From the IMG/VR virus record IMGVR_UViG_3300036766_000988, positions 1 through 64,000 of that record: a stretch of 64,000 bases of DNA. One strand, 5' to 3'. A model generated the notes under the pieces. The model searched no databases. It was not told the DNA's origin and saw only the letters and a program-made list of their open reading frames with translations. Below, piece by piece: positions 38,261-46,454 of this stretch. Position numbers and translations under genes: made by a program. Every line of letters begins with the position of its first letter. Position 1 is the first letter of the stretch.

Positions 38261-39459
38261 CACGAGAGCACCTGCTTCGCATATGCGAAGGCCTCGGCCA
38301 TTGCAGCCGCCGAATGCTCGAACCACTTATCCTCGACGTGCTTGCCATCCCGATAGATGACGAGCTTGATCGGGCCGGTCTCACAGGCCCATTCGAGGTC
38401 AATGGTGCTCTTGGCCTTGTAGTGGATCCGGCGGCACCACCGCTTCTCCCGACCGGTGAAGTGCGGACACCAGTTGTCGTACGTGACCCCGAGGCCCGAA
38501 TGATCTTCGGGCGACAATGCAGGATCCTTCACCAGCTCGATGTACGCCAGGTAAAGCGGATCGGTGGCCTTGAAGTCCTCCTTCCACTGCTCGTACTTGC
38601 GATTGCCTTCCTCTCGGTCGGCCCGGACCTTCTTCTCCTGCTCGGAAACCCACTCCTCGACGAGCACGAGTTTCATACCCTCGCGGCGGAAGGTCTTGGT
38701 GGCGGCATCCACCCTCGGCTTCTGCTTACAGTGATCGGGGCAGTCGTCGTGATCGCACTCCGCCCGTTCCGTCTGGTAGCACTTGATCGTCCCATCGGGC
38801 TCGATGGTGGGGTACTTGCTGTCCTCTTCGACCCCTCCCTCAGCCTCGATCTCCGGCCAACCCTCCATGGGGTTGGAGAAGTCGAAGAAACGGAACTCGT
38901 ACGGGCAGGCCCAGTGGCAGCCACAGACCACCAACATCTGGGATCCCGCATCGAACGTGGAGTCTGCCCAGCAGAAGCCGAAACCTTCCTCCGCCTCTTC
39001 GGGCAGGAAATCCCGACGCTTGCCGGTATCCAGCTCGATGACCGTCTGCCCTTGATAGTCCTCGCCGCAGACGAGGTAATCATGACCGTTCGGATGCCCT
39101 TCGACGAACGTGTACGGGAACGCAGAGTAGTTCCTGTTCACGACCGCGATGGGCGCATCCGAGCCGAGCTTGAAGACCTTCCCCTGGATGTAAGACCAGC
39201 ATCCAGGCTTCGTCTCGTAGCTCGCGATGACAAGCTTGTACTGCCCGCTCGAACTCAGCTTCTCCCAACGATCTTTCGTGCTCTCGTTCGCGGGAACGAA
39301 AACAGCGTCCTTCTCGGCCCGATAGTACGCCTTGAGCAGACCCGGCTGAACGAGGGCCTTGAGACGCTTTCGCTCCTCGTAAGCACCCGGCTCGTGGCTA
39401 TCGAAGTCGAGGTAGGCCTGCAACTCGGGGGTCATCCCCTTGAAGGTCGTGTTCATCAC
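38260..39459 (-). CDS. Hypothetical protein (~400 aa)
   Basis: GTGA overlap with the upstream gene; GCHWACPY motif. Confidence 0.7.
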   Translation of the reverse strand: MMNTTFKGMTPELQAYLDFDSHEPGAYEERKRLKALVQPGLLKAYYRAEKDAVFVPANESTKDRWEKLSSSGQYKLVIASYETKPGCWSYIQGKVFKLGSDAPIAVVNRNYSAFPYTFVEGHPNGHDYLVCGEDYQGQTVIELDTGKRRDFLPEEAEEGFGFCWADSTFDAGSQMLVVCGCHWACPYEFRFFDFSNPMEGWPEIEAEGGVEEDSKYPTIEPDGTIKCYQTERAECDHDDCPDHCKQKPRVDAATKTFRREGMKLVLVEEWVSEQEKKVRADREEGNRKYEQWKEDFKATDPLYLAYIELVKDPALSPEDHSGLGVTYDNWCPHFTGREKRWCRRIHYKAKSTIDLEWACETGPIKLVIYRDGKHVEDKWFEHSAAAMAEAFAYAKQVLS

Positions 39460-39836
39460 GCGACCTCCGTACGGACGTAGGGCTTCTTCTCCCGCACCGG
39501 AGCCGCGATAGCCCCCTCGGGGTTGGCGAGCCACTGCTCGACCTCGGGGCTCGGCTTCGTCGCCCACGAACTCTTGGCCACCTCGGCGAAGCCAGGGATG
39601 TGCGTCCCGAGGATCGTCGTGATGTACCGTGCGTTGGGCGGGTTGTGGTTGACGACCGTGCCGTCCGGCATCACCTGCTGCCGGGTCTGGCGCTCGACGC
39701 GGCGGTACGGGAAACCCCGCACGAACGCCCACGCGAGGTTGCCCTCACGGCCTCCGGTGTTGGCACGGATGGCCCGGTGGATCGCCTTCACTTGCGCCTT
39801 CTCGTCGGCGCTCATCTGCTTGTAGTTCTCGAACAT
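39456..39836 (-). CDS. Hypothetical protein, first gene under the leader attenuator
   Basis: AAGGAG SD; LAWAFVRGFPYRRVE. Confidence 0.7.
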   Translation of the reverse strand: MFENYKQMSADEKAQVKAIHRAIRANTGGREGNLAWAFVRGFPYRRVERQTRQQVMPDGTVVNHNPPNARYITTILGTHIPGFAEVAKSSWATKPSPEVEQWLANPEGAIAAPVREKKPYVRTEVA

Positions 39837-39843
39837 GATCTAT

Positions 39844-39940
39844 CTCCTTGATTTGACTCTACTGTTTCGCGGTTGGCTGAAACAGGAGTCCAAGGAGGAC
39901 CACGTGCAAGAGCGAGGTGCAGCTAGAGGAAGTGTTTCAC
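39844..39940 (-). promoter_or_regulatory. Leader peptide MKHFL(UAG)LHLALARGPP with an SD-sequestering hairpin
   Basis: GTG AAA CAC TTC CTC TAG CTG CAC CTC GCT CTT GCA CGT GGT CCT CCT; hairpin CTCCTTG-GACTC-CTGTTTC / GAAACAG-GAGTC-CAAGGAG. Confidence 0.75.
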
Positions 39941-39947
39941 GGGGAGC

Positions 39948-39976
39948 AGCATGCGCTCTCAGATCCTGGTTGTCAA
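39948..39976 (-). promoter_or_regulatory. Sigma70 promoter
   Basis: TTGACA-N17-CATGCT; leader GTG starts 7 nt downstream (leaderless). Confidence 0.7.
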
Positions 39977-40033
39977 CGGGATCGTGACGTCAGGCTCACT
40001 TCTTCTGAAAACACCGTTGAAGTCGGAGGTGCG

Positions 40034-40360
40034 TCAGTAATTTCGGTGCCGAGACGCATCTCCCATGTCGCCGGGGAACCCCATTTTGCTCGTCGTCCGC
40101 ATCACGTCCTTGACCGCTTCGGGGATCTGTTCGCTGGTCTCGACGTAGCGGGTGTAGGGCCTTCCCATCAGGTGGCCTTCGTTGCCGTCGATCTTCACGA
40201 CCGCGACCATGTAGCCGCCCTTGCCGCCCGCTTGAGGCCTGACGACGACCGTGTACTCCCACGGACGCCCATCTGTCGTGGTGCTCTTCTCAGCCCGACC
40301 GAGTTCCTTCGGGGTGAGGCGGATGGCCTTGTCAGCACGACGATCGTACGAGTACGTCAT
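40034..40360 (-). CDS. Hypothetical protein (MTYSYDRRA N-terminus)
   Basis: ORF; TCTTGT motif upstream. Confidence 0.6.
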   Translation of the reverse strand: MTYSYDRRADKAIRLTPKELGRAEKSTTTDGRPWEYTVVVRPQAGGKGGYMVAVVKIDGNEGHLMGRPYTRYVETSEQIPEAVKDVMRTTSKMGFPGDMGDASRHRNY

Positions 40361-40382
40361 ACCCCACCCTGACACAAGAAGT

Positions 40383-40928
40383 TCAGCCGCTCAGGAACCG
40401 GGCGGTGACCCGAAGCGCTGTAGTATCCTCGGGACTGCACGCGATCTGCATCGGAGTTGTGCTGACGTGATGGATCTTGAACTCAACGCTCTTCGTCTTG
40501 AGAAACGTGTCGAAAGCCCCGACATGTTCAGCACGGTCTTCCCACATCTCAACCTGCTTTGTTGTCTCTGACAAGAGAGCAGCGATCGTCTTGAGCTTGA
40601 AAGGGAGCGTGTCATCCCCGTTAGAAAAATGGGTCTCATCGAACCGGAGGCCCACCTCAGCCAACAGAGCTTGGACCCGAGTCCGCAGCTTCGGAGGCCT
40701 GCCTGTAATCATGATCGCATAGACACTAGGATTGGAAATGGACTTGCGTGCCGCTGCCACCGTAGAAGCCACCCACCACTCAGCGTCAGGCTTTTCTGGC
40801 ACGCATGGAGGCGAGAGACTCTCAAGCCGACCCCACCAGCCCTGCGTCCACCACTCAGGTTTCGCAGGCGAGCGAAAAAGCGTCCCATCGAAGTCGAAGA
40901 CATGCAGGGTCTCGATAGTCACGGGCAT
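40383..40928 (-). CDS. HAD phosphatase, Swiss-Army-Knife RNA-repair type
   Basis: LHVFDFDGTLFRSP, MITGR, FK, MWEDR..H; C-terminal ALRVTARFL. Confidence 0.8.
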   Translation of the reverse strand: MPVTIETLHVFDFDGTLFRSPAKPEWWTQGWWGRLESLSPPCVPEKPDAEWWVASTVAAARKSISNPSVYAIMITGRPPKLRTRVQALLAEVGLRFDETHFSNGDDTLPFKLKTIAALLSETTKQVEMWEDRAEHVGAFDTFLKTKSVEFKIHHVSTTPMQIACSPEDTTALRVTARFLSG

Positions 40929-42181
40929 GCACCAGGGGGTCGAGGGTCAGCTTCACCTTTCCAGTAGGTCGTAACAAGAAGCATCGAATGGCCCTTCGGA
41001 CGCACGACGATCGAGAGGCCACTCGCCGAATCCACCCACTCAAAGCTTGTGCCCCGAGCCCAGCCTTCGGTCACCCGCTGGTACATTTGGTTCTTCTGCG
41101 ACTTCCAGTCGTTGAGCGCCTTCAAGAGAGAACGAATGCCCGCTCGAACAAGCGGAACCGTGATGCCTCGTAGATCCATCCGATACTGCGCGTGTGGAGT
41201 GATGAGGATGTTGTCGATCGACCCGATCCCATGTTCTCGATCAGGGCTGTAGATCTTCGCGGCATCTGGGTTCTGTACTTTCTCACCGTGCTCGACGTCC
41301 TCAACGAGGTCATCACGAACAGCCGGATTCCGTACTTCCTTCTCGATGCGCTCGACCACATGGCAAGGTCCGCCGGGATAGCCTAGGGGAGGATCAAGAT
41401 CCGCCTGACGGTCCAACGCCGAGGTCTTGGGTGCCACCCACGCACCCAATTCGATCGTCAGAGCCACCTGGACTTTCGATGCTGGGATGTCCCCCAGATA
41501 TGCAATTGATCCAATGCGCGCAAGGCTCTTGGTGGGATCGGTTTCGCGACTATCTTCATCGGCCGCGACCTTCGAACCATCAATGCCGCGTACTTCTAGA
41601 ACCACTGCCGTTCCGTGGTGAGCTTTCGCAGCATCCAGCGCAGCGAACTTCGCCATCGAGAGCTGGGTCGTCAAATACACAGCTTCGGCTCGGCCTACGC
41701 CAGCGCCAGACCCCACCCCATAAGCAGGAACTACGTTGGTGTGGCTGCGAGGTCGTAGTCCCTCGACCAAAATACGAGAAGCCGCCGTAGAACTCGTCCC
41801 ATGATAGAAAGTCAGATGCTCCCAGTTCACCGAAGGTGTGTGGGGTTCCCCCAATAGCTGAGAGACAGGAATCCACGGCCCGTCAAACTTGATGACGAAC
41901 TCGTGTAGCTCGGGGTACTCCCGCACCATCTCACGAAGCGCCTTGTGGAACCCTGCGTGATGTTCTGTGGCACCATCAACCATGAGATTGCGCCAGTCGT
42001 TCTCACGCGCAAGGCTGAGCGCCGCATCCCAAGCCCAACCACCACGGAGGTACCCCCCAAGCTCCCAAGAACCTGCATCGTCCCCGTGGAAAGAGCCGTG
42101 ATACTTCTTGCCCTTACGTGGCAACGAGGCGGCCTGCCTGGCGAGAAACCGGGCGACGACTCGAAGGGCCAGCGCGTTCAT
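40919..42181 (-). CDS. Multidomain protein with an ADP-ribosyltransferase/Tpt1-like domain and a C-terminal HA..RM..R.I (RelE/DUF4258-like) domain
   Basis: FYHGTS...ILVEGLRP...VYLT...VVLEV; TPHAQYRMDLRGIT; N-terminal LRVVARFL. Confidence 0.6.
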   Translation of the reverse strand: MNALALRVVARFLARQAASLPRKGKKYHGSFHGDDAGSWELGGYLRGGWAWDAALSLARENDWRNLMVDGATEHHAGFHKALREMVREYPELHEFVIKFDGPWIPVSQLLGEPHTPSVNWEHLTFYHGTSSTAASRILVEGLRPRSHTNVVPAYGVGSGAGVGRAEAVYLTTQLSMAKFAALDAAKAHHGTAVVLEVRGIDGSKVAADEDSRETDPTKSLARIGSIAYLGDIPASKVQVALTIELGAWVAPKTSALDRQADLDPPLGYPGGPCHVVERIEKEVRNPAVRDDLVEDVEHGEKVQNPDAAKIYSPDREHGIGSIDNILITPHAQYRMDLRGITVPLVRAGIRSLLKALNDWKSQKNQMYQRVTEGWARGTSFEWVDSASGLSIVVRPKGHSMLLVTTYWKGEADPRPPGACP

Positions 42182-42208
42182 CGCTAACCCATCGGCACAA
42201 GAGGTTAT

Positions 42209-42817
42209 TCAGCTCTTGGCCTTGCGAGCCTCATCCCGAGCCTTGCGAGCCCCTTCCGCTGTAGACCAGACCCGAAGCTTGATGGCTCCGAGCGAGCGCA
42301 TGATGAGAAAGAGGGTCGTCCAGAGCGACTGATCCCCGTAGATCTCGGCCGACCACTTGCACCGGTCGCTCTTCTCGGCATCGTAGTACCCGAAGACGAG
42401 ATTACGCGGGAACCCTTCGAAATAGACCGCATGGAGAGAATCCCCCGTGTAGTCAGGATCGACAGGGGGCGTCGTGTAGAAGAGACCGGAAAAGTCGGCG
42501 TCGATGGGCTTTTCGCTGATGACCGAAAGCTTCCAGTCGTGGAAGTTGTTGCGGAGGATGAGCCGAAGCCCGAGATCCGGACGCGACAGCTCGTACACGG
42601 GGAGGAGAATCGACTTCGAGACATGCGTCGAGATGACGTTGGGGATCGCGTGGGTGTCGTCATAGTCGAGCCCCGCCCCAACGAGACCGACGAGGTCATC
42701 CCGCACGAAGCTGACCTGATGCCCCCAAGCGCTCTTCCAGAGCATCTCGTCGCCAACGGCCTGTTGACTGATCCACGCTTGCAGTTTGTTGGGGGAATCG
42801 CTGGAATTGAGGGTCAT
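42209..42817 (-). CDS. Hypothetical protein
   Basis: VISTHVSKSILLPVY...RNNFHDWKLSV; start revised. Confidence 0.65.
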   Translation of the reverse strand: MTLNSSDSPNKLQAWISQQAVGDEMLWKSAWGHQVSFVRDDLVGLVGAGLDYDDTHAIPNVISTHVSKSILLPVYELSRPDLGLRLILRNNFHDWKLSVISEKPIDADFSGLFYTTPPVDPDYTGDSLHAVYFEGFPRNLVFGYYDAEKSDRCKWSAEIYGDQSLWTTLFLIMRSLGAIKLRVWSTAEGARKARDEARKAKS

Positions 42818-43044
42818 GGTTCGCTCGTCTGATGTGGATTTGGGGCGGCTACCCGGTGGTAATGAGTCAAAGCTTGGCGCACCGTTTCGGCCGTCTCGGC
42901 ATCTGGGCAAACGGCGACCGTACGACACTCTGCATCGAACACTTCACACCAACCGGTGGGGAGTTGTACTGCGGGGTTGTCGGCTGCATAGGATCGCTCG
43001 ATGGGCAGCGTGCTCAAGTCCAACTCAAGATCTTCAATCCTCAT
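42814..43044 (-). CDS. Hypothetical protein
   Basis: MRIEDLELD; AAGGA SD; ATGA overlap. Confidence 0.5.
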   Translation of the reverse strand: MRIEDLELDLSTLPIERSYAADNPAVQLPTGWCEVFDAECRTVAVCPDAETAETVRQALTHYHRVAAPNPHQTSEP

Positions 43045-43058
43045 GTTGTCCTTGCTGC

Positions 43059-43337
43059 CTACCAAACGTCCTCGGACGTGAGCATCCGTGCTCGGACCTT
43101 ACTCTCGTCCTTGATCTGCCCGTGCAACTTCGCGCTCACCAGCGCTTGCTTGCGATTCAGGTATCGACCCGATGCGTCCAAGAACCCCTCGTCGTCCTCG
43201 TCCGTGTCTACGCTCTTGACGCCCGTTTCCTCGACGATCAGACGGATGATGTCGTGATGGCGGTTCGGCGACGGCAGCGAGAAGACCCGACCTTGGAACC
43301 GGATCGCAACGTGCGTGATGGGCGTTCGTTCACTCAT
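43059..43337 (-). CDS. Conserved phage hypothetical protein
   Basis: PNRHHDII...GFLDASGRYLNRKQAL...LTSEDVW. Confidence 0.7.
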   Translation of the reverse strand: MSERTPITHVAIRFQGRVFSLPSPNRHHDIIRLIVEETGVKSVDTDEDDEGFLDASGRYLNRKQALVSAKLHGQIKDESKVRARMLTSEDVW

Positions 43338-43579
43338 GAATTGCTCGACTTGTGTCCCTCGACGGCGGCCAAGATAGCCTGAGCCGCTGGGCTTCCTTCA
43401 GCGGCACGCTTGACGACCTCATCACGCGTGATGGCCCCGCCGATCGTGAGCTGCCGTCTGTACTTCTCCCACGAATGCGGAAGGCCCGGATGCTCGAAAG
43501 CGTGCTGGCAACGCAACCGCGTGCTGTCCCAAAGCGTGAAGTCCGAAATGACTCCGCACTTGCCGTCCGTATCACTCAT
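43334..43579 (-). CDS. Hypothetical protein
   Basis: MSDTDGKCG...RCQHAFEHPGLPHSW. Confidence 0.5.
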   Translation of the reverse strand: MSDTDGKCGVISDFTLWDSTRLRCQHAFEHPGLPHSWEKYRRQLTIGGAITRDEVVKRAAEGSPAAQAILAAVEGHKSSNS

Positions 43580-43586
43580 TGGGATC

Positions 43587-44873
43587 TCACTCGTAGTCGC
43601 GACGGCCGACATAGCTCGTCTTTTGAGGCACACCCTTGTTCGACAGGTCTTGGAAGCGGTACGTGATGACAGTACCGATCGCGGGCGGGTTGCGACGATC
43701 CTTGTCCGAAAGCCCCGTCCCGAGGTTGAACTCCACCCCAGCGTTGAGCGACACCTTGTCGTTGAAGAACCGCTGGGACTTGCATTCGAGAGCGCCCACG
43801 CGACCCTTGTGCTTACCCTTCCCCGCCGTGTACCCCGTGACGTAGGCCTCGGCATCGTAGAAGGTCTTGACCTTCACGAGGGTGTCACTTCGAGCCCGTA
43901 CGTAGAGCGAGTTCGCCTTGCGGAGCATGACGCCTTCACCACCGAGCTTCTCGACCTCATCGAGGTACATGCGAAGATGCGGGATGCCACGGCAGATCTG
44001 ATGCTCGACGAGCTTGACCTCGTTATACTTCCGCGCGACCGCCTTCAACATGTCGTACCGCTTGGAGAACGGCTCCTGCACCATCGGAAGGTCGAAGGCT
44101 CGGAACTGGATCTGCTGCCAGTAGGTTCCCTGATCATGACGGCGAACGAAACCGCTCGTCTCCTGGAAGCGCTTGCGGCCAATCCAGAACTCCCCGTCGA
44201 GGTGCAGATCCTTCGGGAAGTGCTGCAAGTACCACTCGGGCACGCGGAAGATGTTGTCGAGCCGCGAACGGAAAACCCGGCCGTCCCAGTAGGCCCGCAC
44301 CCCATCGAGCTTCTCGCTCATGAGATAGCCAGTCGGATCGAGCACCCCGTCCCACGACTCCGCAAGCAGAACCGCGAACTTCGACTCGCCTTCCTCTTCG
44401 TTCTCGGTCACGAGAACGGTCTCCACGGGAGGCGGAGGATCATCCCCGAACGGATCGGCGCCGAGCAGACGAGTCCACGCCGTAGCGGGCGCTGCTGGCT
44501 TCGGGGGTGGCACGGGCTTCGACCGCACGGTGGCCAGCTTCGACGGCACGAGATAGCGTGCAGCTCGACCGTTCTGCGTCACCTGCCCACCAAGAAGAGA
44601 CGTGGGGAGAGGAGCCCTTCGTTGGGGAGTGGGGGTCGACGGCGCATTGTAGGACGCCGCAGCCTGGACCGACGTACGAACACGGACATCCTCGGCGGCC
44701 GAGCCACGGAACGCCCGCAGGTGCTTGCATGTGCGCTGATCGATGCCCAGCGACTGATTCCGCCAAGCAGGGCACGAACAACTGTAAACCCCACCCGTGT
44801 TGTAAAGCTCGTAGCTCCGTCCCGAGCTGGAACGGACCGTACGACGCTCACCATCGCGAAGATTCTCAGGCAT
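43587..44873 (-). CDS. lig: ATP-dependent DNA ligase with an N-terminal SWIM zinc finger
   Basis: SEKLDGVRAYW, LDGEFW, EGVMLR, LVKVK, OB-fold GTGLSD; YSCSCPAW...CKHL. Confidence 0.92.
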   Translation of the reverse strand: MPENLRDGERRTVRSSSGRSYELYNTGGVYSCSCPAWRNQSLGIDQRTCKHLRAFRGSAAEDVRVRTSVQAAASYNAPSTPTPQRRAPLPTSLLGGQVTQNGRAARYLVPSKLATVRSKPVPPPKPAAPATAWTRLLGADPFGDDPPPPVETVLVTENEEEGESKFAVLLAESWDGVLDPTGYLMSEKLDGVRAYWDGRVFRSRLDNIFRVPEWYLQHFPKDLHLDGEFWIGRKRFQETSGFVRRHDQGTYWQQIQFRAFDLPMVQEPFSKRYDMLKAVARKYNEVKLVEHQICRGIPHLRMYLDEVEKLGGEGVMLRKANSLYVRARSDTLVKVKTFYDAEAYVTGYTAGKGKHKGRVGALECKSQRFFNDKVSLNAGVEFNLGTGLSDKDRRNPPAIGTVITYRFQDLSNKGVPQKTSYVGRRDYE

Positions 44874-44930
44874 CGTGTACTCCTTGGGTACCTTACACCG
44901 CTGCTACGCGGGGAGACCCCCAAGTTCAAC

Positions 44931-45253
44931 CTAGGCTTCGCCGACGACCTGTTTTTTCCCGAAGATGCCGTCCCAGTTGTTGCGAAACGCCTGCGAGTTC
45001 ACCTTGGCCGGACCTTTGGTGCTCCCGGACACTCCCCCGACTTCCTCGACTTTGAAGCGCTGTGTCCCAGCGATCTGTTCGATGTGAAAGGCTCCCGCCG
45101 GGATGGGCTGGCCTTCTTTCATGGGCGTCATCACCCCGACGGCGATCTGGTGATCGGCTGTGTGTCGAACAAACGGACGCGAGCCATCCCCAAGATCAGG
45201 CCCCGCTTGAAGCTCATCCCCGCAGGGCAGGGCGCTTTTTTGTCGTCGTCCAT
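44931..45253 (-). CDS. Hypothetical protein with an apparent frameshift in an A6 run
   Basis: ATG 45253 lies 8 nt after GGTGTAA; MDDDKK followed by the -1 frame reads continuously into MTPMKEGQP...NWDGIFGKK. Confidence 0.5.
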
Positions 45254-45262
45254 GCCCTACTT

Positions 45263-45279
45263 TACACCGCTTCGGTGTA
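45263..45279. promoter_or_regulatory. Back-to-back GGTGTA promoters forming a palindrome
   Basis: TACACCG-CTT-CGGTGTA between divergent starts 45253 and 45290. Confidence 0.6.
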
Positions 45280-45289
45280 CTCTAACAGC

Positions 45290-45733
45290 GTGCCGCACTG
45301 GATCCTTCGAGACCACATACCCGTCGAGGTCGAAGACCCTCTCGTCTGGGCCCAGTTCTTTGAAGACATGGAAAACCGACGTGTTGCCGAAACCCTCATC
45401 GGTTCCGCACGCATCTCGACCGTCTTCTTGGGACTTGACCACAACTTTGGGGGAGAGGGCCCGCCCCTCCTCTTCGAAAGCATGATCTTTGAGGGACCCG
45501 AAGACCTCAACGAGCGAGAGGTGCGGTACGCCACGTGGGACGAGGCTACCGCAGGTCACCAAGAGCTTGTTCAGATTGTCTCGGAACGCCTGGGCATCAT
45601 CTCAAAACCGTCCAAGAGCCTCGTTGCCCGCATCGCCAAAAAGGTCGTCTTCGCGGAGAACCATCGGGTACCGAAGCCTTCTCTGACCGCCTGGGATCGT
45701 ATCACACGCGATGACGATGACGATGATCTCTAG
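45290..45733 (+). CDS. Phage hypothetical protein with C-terminal TAWDRI..DD tag
   Basis: ISTVFLGLDHNF...LLFESMIF...RYATWDEA.AGH; GTG start. Confidence 0.7.
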   Translation: MPHWILRDHIPVEVEDPLVWAQFFEDMENRRVAETLIGSARISTVFLGLDHNFGGEGPPLLFESMIFEGPEDLNEREVRYATWDEATAGHQELVQIVSERLGIISKPSKSLVARIAKKVVFAENHRVPKPSLTAWDRITRDDDDDDL

Positions 45734-46155
45734 ACGGGACGCATCCTAGCAGCGTAGTACGGCCCTCCAGGGCCAAACGGCGCTCCCGTAGTAGGCGTTC
45801 CCGTTGTAGCCGCACCCGTGACGTGCATGGTCGAGAACGGATGACGGAAAACCACCTGCCGGATGATGATGATCGGCTGAGGCGGCATCTGAGGAGCCCT
45901 CCGAAGCGTCATCTTTTCGATTTTTTCGTAGACCGTGGCAAGCGTCCTGAACCGCTCGGTCTTTTCAGGGTCGTTGCCCGTGCGGTCAGGATGTAGCTCG
46001 AAAGCGAGCTTCCGATAGCTCTTCCGAGCCCGTTCCTTCAGCTCTTCGAGGGCTTTTCCACCTAGCTCGAAGGGCATTCGTTCGATCGCTTGAAGATCCG
46101 CGGGGTAGTTCACCCCAAGCGCACAGAGCATCGAAACGACGAGGGCCTGGTCCAT
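45730..46155 (-). CDS. J-domain (DnaJ-like) protein
   Basis: YRKLAFELHPDR...ERFR. Confidence 0.85.
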   Translation of the reverse strand: MDQALVVSMLCALGVNYPADLQAIERMPFELGGKALEELKERARKSYRKLAFELHPDRTGNDPEKTERFRTLATVYEKIEKMTLRRAPQMPPQPIIIIRQVVFRHPFSTMHVTGAATTGTPTTGAPFGPGGPYYAARMRPV

Positions 46156-46196
46156 CGGTGTACCTTCACTTGTACCGCAACGATAGGAGAATCATC

Positions 46197-46451
46197 GTGG
46201 CCCTAGTTTCCGAAGTGCAGCATGTCTACTACATCCGATGCTGCGGCTGTTACCGACGAGCCCGGTTGGCCTTTCACCGGATCGTTGCCATCGGCTACGC
46301 CAAGAAACAGGGGTACACTCGACACGTCACCCTCAGTGGCACCAGCACTGAAGTCGTGTGGCTCTGCAAAGTGTGCTCGAAGAGTGACATCGTGCTCAAG
46401 ACCCTCGAAGAAAATTCTCCCCCCAAACCTGCAACCACCGCCAAACGCTGA
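46197..46451 (+). CDS. Small Zn-finger protein
   Basis: RCCGC...LCKVC; GGAG SD before GTG. Confidence 0.5.
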   Translation: MALVSEVQHVYYIRCCGCYRRARLAFHRIVAIGYAKKQGYTRHVTLSGTSTEVVWLCKVCSKSDIVLKTLEENSPPKPATTAKR

Positions 46452-46454
46452 TCC

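Noticed and set aside
43410-45485. 691-aa plus-strand ORF
   Set aside because: Antisense shadow of the DNA ligase
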